From Candidatus Hermodarchaeota archaeon (lineage in GTDB: Archaea; Asgardarchaeota; Lokiarchaeia; Sigyniarchaeales; SOKP01): DNA of 58,409 bases. The stretch is from NCBI GenBank assembly GCA_048885525.1, contig JBHLLP010000021.1, positions 1 through 58,409 of the forward strand, given 5' to 3'. A program made the position numbers and the translations under genes. Shown here one piece after another: positions 39,254 to 47,966 of the stretch (position 1 is the stretch's first letter; each line of letters starts with the position of its first letter). The notes beneath the pieces are model-generated. The model saw only the letters and a list, made by a program, of their open reading frames with translations, was not told the origin of the DNA and made no database searches.

Positions 39254-40774
39254 CTATATTGTAAACTTTTCATTTTCGTTTAGAATAATAGCATTTTCAA
39301 AATTCTCACTAAACCATGATGGATTATCGGTGTGTACAGGAATTATAACCTCGGGATCAATGGTTTCAATAGTATTGATTAAATCTGATTTTGATACGTG
39401 CCCCGAGGCATGGTATCCTTTCATAAATTGTGGTTTAATTCGTTCTCCTTCTTCAATAATCTCAAATCCGATAATCTTAAAATTAAAAAATTTGAGCCAA
39501 TTATTCAATCGAGTGAAATCAAATTCACTCTCTTCTTCAAAAGCCTCCGATGAAGAGTAAATATATGTTCCTCCATCAGGTTTAATATCTAATAAATTCA
39601 CCACATCAAAGAGAGAAAAGCATATTATATAATTGTTAGGATCCTTTTTTATTGACATGGAATTTAAATAATTTATATCAATTTCCTCTGCAAGGATGTT
39701 ATCTTCCCAATATCGAGTTGTACCTCGTACATCAGCATAAATCAAAGTTTCTTTCATTCTATCTGTTCCATCAGCTTTTCTGAGAGCATTTAACAAATAC
39801 GCATCTTTTGACGTAATTACCAGTTTTCTACCTACTTTTTTAGCAATTTTTTTAAAGATTTCCAACCTTTCAAAATTTCTTGCTGAGAAGTCTGCTACAA
39901 TCAATCCTTTTGAGTCATCAGCTATCTTTAAACAGTTTTCATACACAAGTTCCTCAGATTCATCAACATCTTCTCTACCAGCTCGAGTACCTTCAATAAT
40001 TAAAACGGATGCATTTTTTGCTTCATTAATAAATTTTTCACTTTTTATACCTTTTTTACCATGCAAACGAAAGTCCCCTGTGTATGCAAGAGTAGTATCT
40101 CCTGAAAGAATGTAACCGGTCGCTCCAAATATAGAATGATCAACCTCAAGTGCTTTAATTTCGTATTTCGAGGGAAAATCTTTTAATAAAGTTATATTTC
40201 CCTTATTAAGGACTGTTCTACTTTTAGCACTTAACTCCATAAAGTCAAGAAGGGAATCAGAACATTTTTCTGTACAAATAAGATTTCGCCCATAATACTT
40301 ATATTTTTCTGATTCTAAATATCTACCATTTCCTTTAGGTTTTCTATTTGAGAAGTATAGAATATCTGAACCAAGTTTAACACTTCCAGAATCAAAAATT
40401 CCTTTAAGTAAAGCAAAAGTAATTGGAGATGCTCCAATTGGTATTTCAGGATTTAGTAATCCAATATTACCAAAATGATCCATATGAGCATGACTCAATA
40501 AAACAGCGTTTACTTTTAAATTAGGGAATGATGAAATATCAAAATCAGAAGGAATAATATCTTTTCTATATATTTTAAGTCTAGGTATCAAGTTTAAATG
40601 AAAGAGATCATAAATACCTCTTGTACTTCTTGGCGAAATGAATTCTTGAAAGAAATTCCCATAATTTTTGAAATTCATTCCAAAATCGAGTAGAATTCCT
40701 TCTCCATTTTCTTCTAAGTATATTTTATTTCCTCCTATTGTGTTATAACCATCAAAAATTTGTATAGAGGTCAT
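39254..40774 (-). CDS. Metallo-beta-lactamase fold hydrolase, RNase J-like
   Basis: IGGNKI, LLDFG, SHAHMDH, VDHS, YTGDFRLHG, HASGH, IPVHT. Confidence 0.88.
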   Translation of the reverse strand: MTSIQIFDGYNTIGGNKIYLEENGEGILLDFGMNFKNYGNFFQEFISPRSTRGIYDLFHLNLIPRLKIYRKDIIPSDFDISSFPNLKVNAVLLSHAHMDHFGNIGLLNPEIPIGASPITFALLKGIFDSGSVKLGSDILYFSNRKPKGNGRYLESEKYKYYGRNLICTEKCSDSLLDFMELSAKSRTVLNKGNITLLKDFPSKYEIKALEVDHSIFGATGYILSGDTTLAYTGDFRLHGKKGIKSEKFINEAKNASVLIIEGTRAGREDVDESEELVYENCLKIADDSKGLIVADFSARNFERLEIFKKIAKKVGRKLVITSKDAYLLNALRKADGTDRMKETLIYADVRGTTRYWEDNILAEEIDINYLNSMSIKKDPNNYIICFSLFDVVNLLDIKPDGGTYIYSSSEAFEEESEFDFTRLNNWLKFFNFKIIGFEIIEEGERIKPQFMKGYHASGHVSKSDLINTIETIDPEVIIPVHTDNPSWFSENFENAIILNENEKFTI

Positions 40775-40937
40775 TTTTTTGTAATCTTTTCTTTTTAAGA
40801 TTTTATTCTAATGTTGTTTAATTTATTACTATAAAAATCCTTTTTAATTGATTACTTTTTTTATGTTTTCATGGAGATTTTGAAAAGGAATGAATCAGCA
40901 TTAAGTCTTGAGATTATTATGATTTAAAAAGGCTGAT

Positions 40938-41402
40938 TCATAATTTTAGTTCAAAATATTTTGCTCCCTCAATTGGATTATAACGATATGGAGCAATTTC
41001 TTTAAAGCCTAAACTAGCGTATATTTTGAGTGCTGCTTTCATAAAGGGGAGAGTGTCTAATCGCATATATTTATAACCAATTTCTTTTGCCTTCTGAATT
41101 ATTGCTTTTGATAATTCTTTACCAATAGTTTTGTTTTGATAATTCGGTCGTACATATAGTCTTTTCATTTCGCAAATATCATCTTGCAACTTTCTGACAG
41201 CAACACATCCCGCTATTTTACCCTCAAAATAAGCTAATAAAATGCATCCTTCAGGTGGAGAATAATTTCCTTGGATGTTTTTCAATTCCTCATCGAAATT
41301 CTGAAAATCCAAATCAATAGCTAAATAATTTGCATATTCTATGAAAATTTCTTTAATTAGTTTATATGATTCTTCAGAAAATGCTTGCTTAATTTCTAGC
41401 AT
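40938..41402 (-). CDS. GNAT N-acetyltransferase
   Basis: CEMKRLYVRP, MRLDTLP, YASLGF, YRYNP. Confidence 0.9.
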   Translation of the reverse strand: MLEIKQAFSEESYKLIKEIFIEYANYLAIDLDFQNFDEELKNIQGNYSPPEGCILLAYFEGKIAGCVAVRKLQDDICEMKRLYVRPNYQNKTIGKELSKAIIQKAKEIGYKYMRLDTLPFMKAALKIYASLGFKEIAPYRYNPIEGAKYFELKL

Positions 41403-41521
41403 ATTAATATTTAACAGAAATTATGTTTATGAACTCTTCTATGATTTATCTTTAATAATTAATAAACCAACTTTAAAATAAAAGACAACATTTTAAATAA
41501 CAGTTACCAATAGTAAAAATC

Positions 41522-42751
41522 ATGATTCGTAATACCATTGAACAACAGATAAATTCATTTAAATTTCTTCAATTTGTTATATATTTACTTTTTCTATTTG
41601 GTCCTTTAACTGGGAATATTATATTGGTTTTGTTCAATGCTCTTTCCCAAGATTTCAATGTAAGCCATAGTGCTGTCCATATTGCAATTCCTGCTTTTAT
41701 GTTTCCATTTGCAATAACACAACTTTTTTCAGGGGCAATATCTGATATTAAAGGCAGAATTCCAGTATTAATCTTAGGATTAGGTTTATTTGCCATAGCA
41801 ATGCTTATAGCTACTTTATCTATTTCTCTCCAGATGTATGCAATTGCCAACTTTATAGGAGGCGTAGGTTTTGGTTTTATTAATCCAGTTTTAATAGCTC
41901 TTATGACAGATATAATACCTCCCTCAAATATACCTAAAAAGATGGGCTATTTGAGTGCTAGCGCAAATTTAGGGGTTGGTTTAGGACCATTACTCGCTTC
42001 TCAAATGATACTAATTGGTTGGCGTTCAATATATATAATGTTCATAGTAATTGCTATTTTTGGATTGATTTATATGATTAAAACAAAAAGACCTTCTCAA
42101 AAAATATCTGAAAATTCTGGAATTCATATTTTAATAAAACAACTTTCTAAAGAATGGCGACATTTAGTTGTTGTTTTAATGATGTTATCCGCATTTTTAA
42201 TCTCTCATACTTATTTAGCTATAAATATATGGACTTCAAGTGAATTAGCCGGTATAGTTGATGTTAGTTTAACTGGGTTGATACTTGGTTTAGCGGGGGT
42301 AGGAGCTGCAATTACAGGAGTTTTAACAGGTATTTTAATTAAGAAAAGAGATATAAAAATCGCATTTATAATAGGCTCTGTATTTCTCTTTTGTTCATTG
42401 ACAATTTTAATATTTATTGAAGATATAACTCGCCCTGATATGTATATATTTCTAGCAGTTGGTTGGATATTAGGGGGTCTTGCAGGTGGAATCCTTTTTA
42501 CATCTATAACTTATTATAGTCAAGTATTATCTCCAGAAAGTCGTGGCGCTTTAGCAGGTTCACTCACTGCTAGTTATTTTGTTGGAATTGCATTAATACC
42601 AACTACCTTAGCCCCAATTTCGGAAAAATTTGGGATTACTGGTGTTTATGTGTCAATTTTGTTAATATCAATAATTTTCACATTAGTAATAATCCTCTTA
42701 TATAGATTATCGAGTGTTATAATCTCAGAACGCAAAGAAGATATAAATTAA
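41522..42751 (+). CDS. MFS transporter
   Basis: GAISDIKGR motif A, 12 TM. Confidence 0.9.
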   Translation: MIRNTIEQQINSFKFLQFVIYLLFLFGPLTGNIILVLFNALSQDFNVSHSAVHIAIPAFMFPFAITQLFSGAISDIKGRIPVLILGLGLFAIAMLIATLSISLQMYAIANFIGGVGFGFINPVLIALMTDIIPPSNIPKKMGYLSASANLGVGLGPLLASQMILIGWRSIYIMFIVIAIFGLIYMIKTKRPSQKISENSGIHILIKQLSKEWRHLVVVLMMLSAFLISHTYLAINIWTSSELAGIVDVSLTGLILGLAGVGAAITGVLTGILIKKRDIKIAFIIGSVFLFCSLTILIFIEDITRPDMYIFLAVGWILGGLAGGILFTSITYYSQVLSPESRGALAGSLTASYFVGIALIPTTLAPISEKFGITGVYVSILLISIIFTLVIILLYRLSSVIISERKEDIN

Positions 42752-42906
42752 AACTTAGTTTTTTTCTTTATTCTTTTTTCTTTTCGATCTAAAGAATCTT
42801 TTTCCTTTCTTATAATACTAAATACATCTCTTTTTGACTCATTAGCTTTAAGAGCTTTTTCTAACTCTTCTTCTAATTCATCATCAGGAATATCATCACC
42901 ATTCAT
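42748..42906 (-). CDS. 52-aa acidic/basic small protein (MNGDDIPDDELEEELEKALK...KKKTKF)
   Basis: Manual translation; open frame directly downstream of the cupin gene. Confidence 0.5.
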   Translation of the reverse strand: MNGDDIPDDELEEELEKALKANESKRDVFSIIRKEKDSLDRKEKRIKKKTKF

Positions 42907-42949
42907 AAATAAAAAAGAGTAATATAAAATTTTAAAGATTTAGAATTTC

Positions 42950-43276
42950 TTAGGATTTAATCATTATTAGCATCATCTTAAATTTTTCTATAGCTTTTAG
43001 AGCGTGTGGTTCATTAGCGGGCATAATAATCATCTGACCTTTTTTTAATACAAAAGTTTCACCAGAAATTTTTATTTCAGCTTCTCCATCGAATATGTAA
43101 ACAAGAGCATCAAAGGGCGCTGTATGTTCACTTAGGCTCTCATTTTTATCGAATGAAAATAAAGTTACCGTACCAATATCCTTATTAATTATGGCTCTAC
43201 TCACAACCGACGCTTCTTGAAAATCAAGCATAGAATCTAAGTTTAATATAACTTTTTTAATGTTTTTATCAGTCAT
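42950..43276 (-). CDS. Cupin domain protein
   Basis: LSEHTAPFDA, MPANEPHAL. Confidence 0.9.
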   Translation of the reverse strand: MTDKNIKKVILNLDSMLDFQEASVVSRAIINKDIGTVTLFSFDKNESLSEHTAPFDALVYIFDGEAEIKISGETFVLKKGQMIIMPANEPHALKAIEKFKMMLIMIKS

Positions 43277-43433
43277 TAAATTCTCAATTTATTATTTTAA
43301 ATTATTATATAAGATTAAAGTGAAGATGTTAATTTAAACATAAGAACGAACATGTTTAATTTAAATGCTTCTTATGTATTCCCTATTAAAAAATAGGTTT
43401 TATAAAAACCTAATTAACATGCTGAATTCTTTT

Positions 43434-43931
43434 TTACATTTCTACTGGAACACGCCATTCTACGCCACACTGACCACAATGGTATTTTTTACCATATAAA
43501 CGTGGATATGATGATATAATATGCGCTCTGTCAATTGTTTCTCGAATAAGGATTTTATTATGATTCCCACATTTAGGGCATTCTCTTCTTGAGACTCCTT
43601 GGAGAATTTCTCTTTTATGCATTTCGAGGGGAGTAACATCTTGAGAAAAAGTTGATTTTGAGCGTACAATTTCTTTTTGTTTTCGAAAAATTTCAATTTT
43701 AGCTTCTTTAATAGGTTCTTCAACTAAAATTACGGGCTCAATTTTCTCCGTTTCAATTATTGGAATGGAGACCTCTTTTTTTATTACTTCTTGGGATTCC
43801 AATACCTGATCTTTATTCTCTAGTTCAGCAATTCTCTGTTTTAGAGCTTCATTCTCTATCATCAATTCTTTAATAAGGTCTTCATAATCCTGAGGAGTAA
43901 AATCTTCTTTTTCTGTCATTTCTTGGCTCAC
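43434..43931 (-). CDS. Coiled-coil protein with C-terminal zinc ribbon
   Basis: CPKCGN...CGQCG; N-terminal heptads. Confidence 0.8.
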   Translation of the reverse strand: MSQEMTEKEDFTPQDYEDLIKELMIENEALKQRIAELENKDQVLESQEVIKKEVSIPIIETEKIEPVILVEEPIKEAKIEIFRKQKEIVRSKSTFSQDVTPLEMHKREILQGVSRRECPKCGNHNKILIRETIDRAHIISSYPRLYGKKYHCGQCGVEWRVPVEM

Positions 43932-44094
43932 TTTTTAAAATTTCATTTTAAATAAAAAAAGTAAACACTAAGAAAATAATAGAGGTTGAATTAAAAAACT
44001 TAAGGAAACTGAAAATTTAAGTAGGTAAAAAAGATTTTTAAATTTTTAAATTATTTATTCTTATATTGCTAGAATATACTTGAGATAGAGAGCA

Positions 44095-44931
44095 ATGAAA
44101 CTATATAATATTAGTGATAAAGGGGAATTAATCAAGATAGATAAATTGTCTTTTAAAGAGAATGATGTATATCTTGTTGATGACGAGGTAAAAAATACTA
44201 TTTATATTTGGGTGGGTTTAGAGGTACCCCAAATAAAAAGGGATATTGTTGCAGAAACTGCTAGAAAGATTGATAAGGAACGCGGTGGATCAGCCAAAAT
44301 CTTGATCATGAAACAAAAAAGAGAATACGGTTCATTTTTAGCTATGATGCATGATCTTGAAAGAGGGCTAATACCGGGTAAAACAATTGAAAGAAGGCCA
44401 GAATTTGTATTAAAAGCTCCTCCTGAAAGGATAAAATTTGTTAAACTTGATGGAACTCCTGAAGAGCGAGATCAAACGGTTGAAACAAGGATATTGGAAT
44501 GGCTTCAACAAATTAAGATGCATCGAAGCGATATCCCCGTGGAAAAGCTAAAAGAAGCTACTGAAGCTGTTAAATTCGTTAAGTTTGAATCGACTCCAGC
44601 TAAAGTTGAAGTGAAACCCATGGAACAAAAAAGAGTTGAAATAAAAGAAGAGCTACCGGAAGAACCAGATTTTAAAACACAAATTAGGGAGGCGGCTTAT
44701 TATCTTTCAAAAGATCAATATACTTACGATCAACTCTGCTGGATTTTAGCCGAAAAAATTCAGAAAATAAATCTCGATATGCCCTCTATTGAAGATATTA
44801 GGAGTAAGGCAGAAGAAGTCTTCAATTCTAGTTGTACATATGATGAACTCTGTTGGTTAAATGCAGAGATGGATATCTTGACTAAAAGAAGCTTTCTTGA
44901 ACAGAAAAAGAGAAAGATGTTTGATTATTAA
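44095..44931 (+). CDS. Gelsolin-domain protein with C-terminal duplicated helical domain (1DGelX-like)
   Basis: DVYLVDD...IYIWVG gelsolin core; repeated YDQLCWILAE / YDELCWLNAE. Confidence 0.78.
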   Translation: MKLYNISDKGELIKIDKLSFKENDVYLVDDEVKNTIYIWVGLEVPQIKRDIVAETARKIDKERGGSAKILIMKQKREYGSFLAMMHDLERGLIPGKTIERRPEFVLKAPPERIKFVKLDGTPEERDQTVETRILEWLQQIKMHRSDIPVEKLKEATEAVKFVKFESTPAKVEVKPMEQKRVEIKEELPEEPDFKTQIREAAYYLSKDQYTYDQLCWILAEKIQKINLDMPSIEDIRSKAEEVFNSSCTYDELCWLNAEMDILTKRSFLEQKKRKMFDY

Positions 44932-44970
44932 ACATCTAAATAATATTAAAATTAAGGAAAATTCAAACTC

Positions 44971-45267
44971 TTATCCACAACAACTATTGTTCTGTGGGTT
45001 TTTCGCTACTGCGCGTGCATTCCATAAGCACCCACAGCCTTTTCGCTCTTGTAATATGATTGCCATAGTTGGACAATTCTTTTTACAAGCAGAACATTCT
45101 GTACAGCGTTCTGGTTCATAGATCTCATACTTTCCTTCATGATTAAGATTTGGTATTCCAAATGGGCATACTTCTCCACATATTCCGCACCCCGTACATA
45201 AATCGGAATTTATCGAGATTTTTGGAATAACAATTGGTATCTTAATTGATGTTGTTTTTAATGTTAT
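44971..45267 (-). CDS. HgcB-like 2x[4Fe-4S] ferredoxin with C-terminal CC; apparent ATA start
   Basis: Manual translation: CTGCGICGEVCP...CTECSACKKNCP...KGCGC...NSCCG*; AGGTGAT RBS 5 nt before ATA, with an in-frame TAA two codons upstream. Confidence 0.85.
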   Translation of the reverse strand: MTLKTTSIKIPIVIPKISINSDLCTGCGICGEVCPFGIPNLNHEGKYEIYEPERCTECSACKKNCPTMAIILQERKGCGCLWNARAVAKNPQNNSCCG

Positions 45268-45337
45268 TTTTTATCACCTTTTTTTCCACTAATTATAGTA
45301 TTTTATTCTCAAATATATTTTGTTTTGTTTTAAAATA

Positions 45338-47011
45338 TTAAAAAAATATAAATCCAATACTTTTAGCTAAAAGTCCAATTATCAATAAAATTAGATTTAT
45401 TTTACTGAAAATGGGATACTCATCTTGAATTTCTCTAGGACTGGTTGCCATGGTATAACCACTAAACGACATCGTTGAGAAAAATGCTAGCCAAAAATAA
45501 AAAATACTACTCAGAAGAATAGATTGCAGCGAGTAGTGAAAAAGCCAAGAAAGCCCACCGAACAATAAAACATTCATAACTCCAAAAATAATACCTTTAC
45601 TGATAAATTTCCGTGTAAAGTTCGTTATGGGGAATAATATCGCGACAAGTGCGTTAGATATAATAATCCAGAGCCAAAGTTCACCTACAATCCACAATCC
45701 TTTTATCCATATAGTATTAATGAAACTTAACCCTAAAAATAGCAAAAATAGGACGATACTTGGCCAAAGAAAGATTTTTCGAAGTAAAAATGTTGTATGC
45801 GTGATTTCTGCTCGAAAACGATGCGATATTGTAAATTTTGCTAATTTCATTTTATCGGGTTTTCGAGCCGGACGTTCTTCTAAGAATTGAGGTAGATATT
45901 TAGCCCATACTGGACCATATAAAATGTTAAAAGGAAAATTTGGGGCCTCAGCTTTTATCAGTGGTGCTGCTATTCCCCCTGCAGAGAGTTGTGGTACAAT
46001 AATTGTCTTTTTATTAGTGATATTTGCTATACCTGAAGCTTCAACTGCCTCTATTAATTGTTTATTTCCAAAATTATTACCTCGTGCAGCACACCAAACA
46101 TTTATACCTCTAGAATCAACACATAATACCCAAGCATCTAATCCTTTAAGAGCACGCATCACTTTAATATAGGTATAAACATAATTAGCAGTTACAATAA
46201 TAGGTGAAGATTCATTGGGATTACCAGATTGATAAATTCCTGGTTCAATTGGTACGTGATCAGTTTGTCCAGTAAATATACAGCGATAAATACTCATTTG
46301 AGCACTAAAACCTTTAAATTTTCTTACTCTAGGTCGATAATATCCAGGGTTATCTAAATCGTGAATTTTTTTTATTTCAATTACTTGAATTGATCCATGT
46401 CGCCATTTCTTTATTGCTGAAATTTCAAACCCAATAGGGGCCAAATAATCAAAAAACCATTTCACTAAAAATGTACTTTCTAGTTTAAGTCTTCTTAATT
46501 TCTTTTTATACCACCTACGTTTAATATTGAACCATAGTTTCCAGAAACCTGAGGGTATAAATTCTGCTGCGATTATCATTCGACCATTAGGTTTCAAAGC
46601 TTTCCATGCATTTCTAAGAAAGATTTGCTGTTCAAAGGGTTTAAGTTCTGAAAGCATAAATGTACTAACTATGAGATCTTTGGAGCCATCCTCAACAGGC
46701 AGATCATTAACGGTACCTATCTGATACAAAAGTTTAATGTCTGATTCAGAGGGATAATTTTTCATAGCAGTGGTTATCATTCTTTGATTTTTATCTATAG
46801 CTATAACATCATTTCCTTTGAGTGCCATTTTTACTGCAAGAATCCCCGTTCCGCAACCTACTTCAAGGATTTTCTCTTGTGTATTAACTCGTTCTAATAT
46901 CCAATCATTTATTTCTTTATTTGCTCCTTTTGTAAGAGCTGTGAATTTTGATTCATATGACTCAGGTTCTAATTCTAGCTTTCGCATGTACACTACAGCG
47001 ATGTCATTCAC
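45338..47011 (-). CDS. SAM-dependent methyltransferase fused to HgcA-like corrinoid-binding and transmembrane domains
   Basis: ILEVGCGTG MTase; PGIY..GNP...SPIIVTANY, GINVWCAARGNNFG, PQLSAGG, YGPV; TM helices ending MSFSGYTMATSPREIQDE. Confidence 0.88.
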   Translation of the reverse strand: MNDIAVVYMRKLELEPESYESKFTALTKGANKEINDWILERVNTQEKILEVGCGTGILAVKMALKGNDVIAIDKNQRMITTAMKNYPSESDIKLLYQIGTVNDLPVEDGSKDLIVSTFMLSELKPFEQQIFLRNAWKALKPNGRMIIAAEFIPSGFWKLWFNIKRRWYKKKLRRLKLESTFLVKWFFDYLAPIGFEISAIKKWRHGSIQVIEIKKIHDLDNPGYYRPRVRKFKGFSAQMSIYRCIFTGQTDHVPIEPGIYQSGNPNESSPIIVTANYVYTYIKVMRALKGLDAWVLCVDSRGINVWCAARGNNFGNKQLIEAVEASGIANITNKKTIIVPQLSAGGIAAPLIKAEAPNFPFNILYGPVWAKYLPQFLEERPARKPDKMKLAKFTISHRFRAEITHTTFLLRKIFLWPSIVLFLLFLGLSFINTIWIKGLWIVGELWLWIIISNALVAILFPITNFTRKFISKGIIFGVMNVLLFGGLSWLFHYSLQSILLSSIFYFWLAFFSTMSFSGYTMATSPREIQDEYPIFSKINLILLIIGLLAKSIGFIFF

Positions 47012-47101
47012 ACCTTTCTTTTGTTATTTTTAATATATAAAATTTAAAAAAAAATATTTATTTTAGTATTTTAAGATATAAATACAATTATAGAGTTGTT
47101 T

Positions 47102-47188
47102 TTAACTACAACAATCTTCACGTGATTGAGTTTCTTCTTTATCCTCTTTTGCTCCTTCGGAACAACAAGCTTCTTCTTTATTTGCCAT
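47102..47188 (-). CDS. 28-aa double vicinal-Cys peptide (MANKEEACCSEGAKEDKEETQSREDCCS)
   Basis: Manual translation; GAGGGA RBS upstream; first ORF after the operator. Confidence 0.7.
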   Translation of the reverse strand: MANKEEACCSEGAKEDKEETQSREDCCS

Positions 47189-47230
47189 TTTTATTCCCTC
47201 TTCATTTTTTAATTAAGAATTGTTAATATT

Positions 47231-47286
47231 TAGTTAGGAAGCTAACTATTTAAATGTTTCGTTCCTTATAATTAACTTCCTAACAA
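47231..47286. promoter_or_regulatory. Two operator-like inverted repeats flanking a TATA-like box
   Basis: TAGTTAG-GAAG-CTAACTA (47231-47248, perfect 7-4-7) and a 15/18 match in reverse orientation at 47269-47286; TTTAAAT at 47249-47255. Confidence 0.7.
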
Positions 47287-47328
47287 ATATCCTATTAAGG
47301 GATTTTATTAAGGTATTAAGGATTCTTA

Positions 47329-47793
47329 CTAAGGAATTAAAGAATTTAGGAGTTTCTGGAGCAATTCGGCTAATTTTTCTATCTCTCCCTTACTGATTTC
47401 AGGACAACATCCATTTACTATTGATTCTAAAGGAGGAGTTTCTATTTTTAATTTTTTTCCTTTGTTTGTGAGTTTAACGAGCATACTTCTTCGATCTTCT
47501 GGGTTTGAGTCACGAAAAACCAAATCTTTCTTTTCCATCGTATCTACAACCCCTGTAATTGTAGATCTTGAACAATTACATGACTCTGCTAAATCTTTAA
47601 ATTGTTGGCCATTAGATCTCCATAATTCTCTTAGAATAAAATGTTGAGTTGGAGTGAGTTCTAGTTCTTGAATGTTATCCCGTTGTAATTTTTCATATTT
47701 TTTATTTAAAATATTAATAAGTTCGAACACTTCAACTATATTTTTAGGGGGACAGCAATTGTTATCTGATTCTGTTGTTTCTTTTTTACTCAT
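47329..47793 (-). CDS. MarR-family regulator with Cys pairs
   Basis: LTPTQHFIL, RSTITGVVDTMEKKDLV.R, DRR, LTNKG; NNCCPP, SCNCS, GCCPE. Confidence 0.9.
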   Translation of the reverse strand: MSKKETTESDNNCCPPKNIVEVFELINILNKKYEKLQRDNIQELELTPTQHFILRELWRSNGQQFKDLAESCNCSRSTITGVVDTMEKKDLVFRDSNPEDRRSMLVKLTNKGKKLKIETPPLESIVNGCCPEISKGEIEKLAELLQKLLNSLIP

Positions 47794-47966
47794 AAGAACA
47801 AATTTTGGTTAGGTTCATAATAATTTGAAATCCTTATTATATTAACAGACTTATAATTTTAAAATCTTTTTAATTCTGGATTTATTTATTAAATTTTTCA
47901 ATTATAAAGGCTAGTTAATTTTAAATACTGCTATTTATTTCTAATACAAAAATTTAACAAAAATTA

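Noticed and set aside
43334-43359. TTAAACAT-N10-ATGTTTAA inverted repeat upstream of the cupin gene
   Set aside because: Single AT-rich copy with no adjacent regulator; plausibly chance.
44897-45121. 74-aa plus-strand ORF
   Set aside because: Antisense shadow of the ferredoxin gene.
46080-46105. Selenocysteine form of the HgcA cap helix
   Set aside because: The codon is TGT (Cys); no in-frame TGA was seen in the locus.
45338-47011. Calling the gene bona fide hgcA, i.e. a proven mercury methylator
   Set aside because: The motif deviates from N(V/I)WCA(A/G)GK, the ferredoxin has CTECSAC rather than C(M/I)ECGAC, and the architecture differs; it is kept as HgcA-like.
45627-47647. Several short plus-strand ORFs
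   Set aside because: Antisense shadows of the MTase-HgcA-like and MarR genes.
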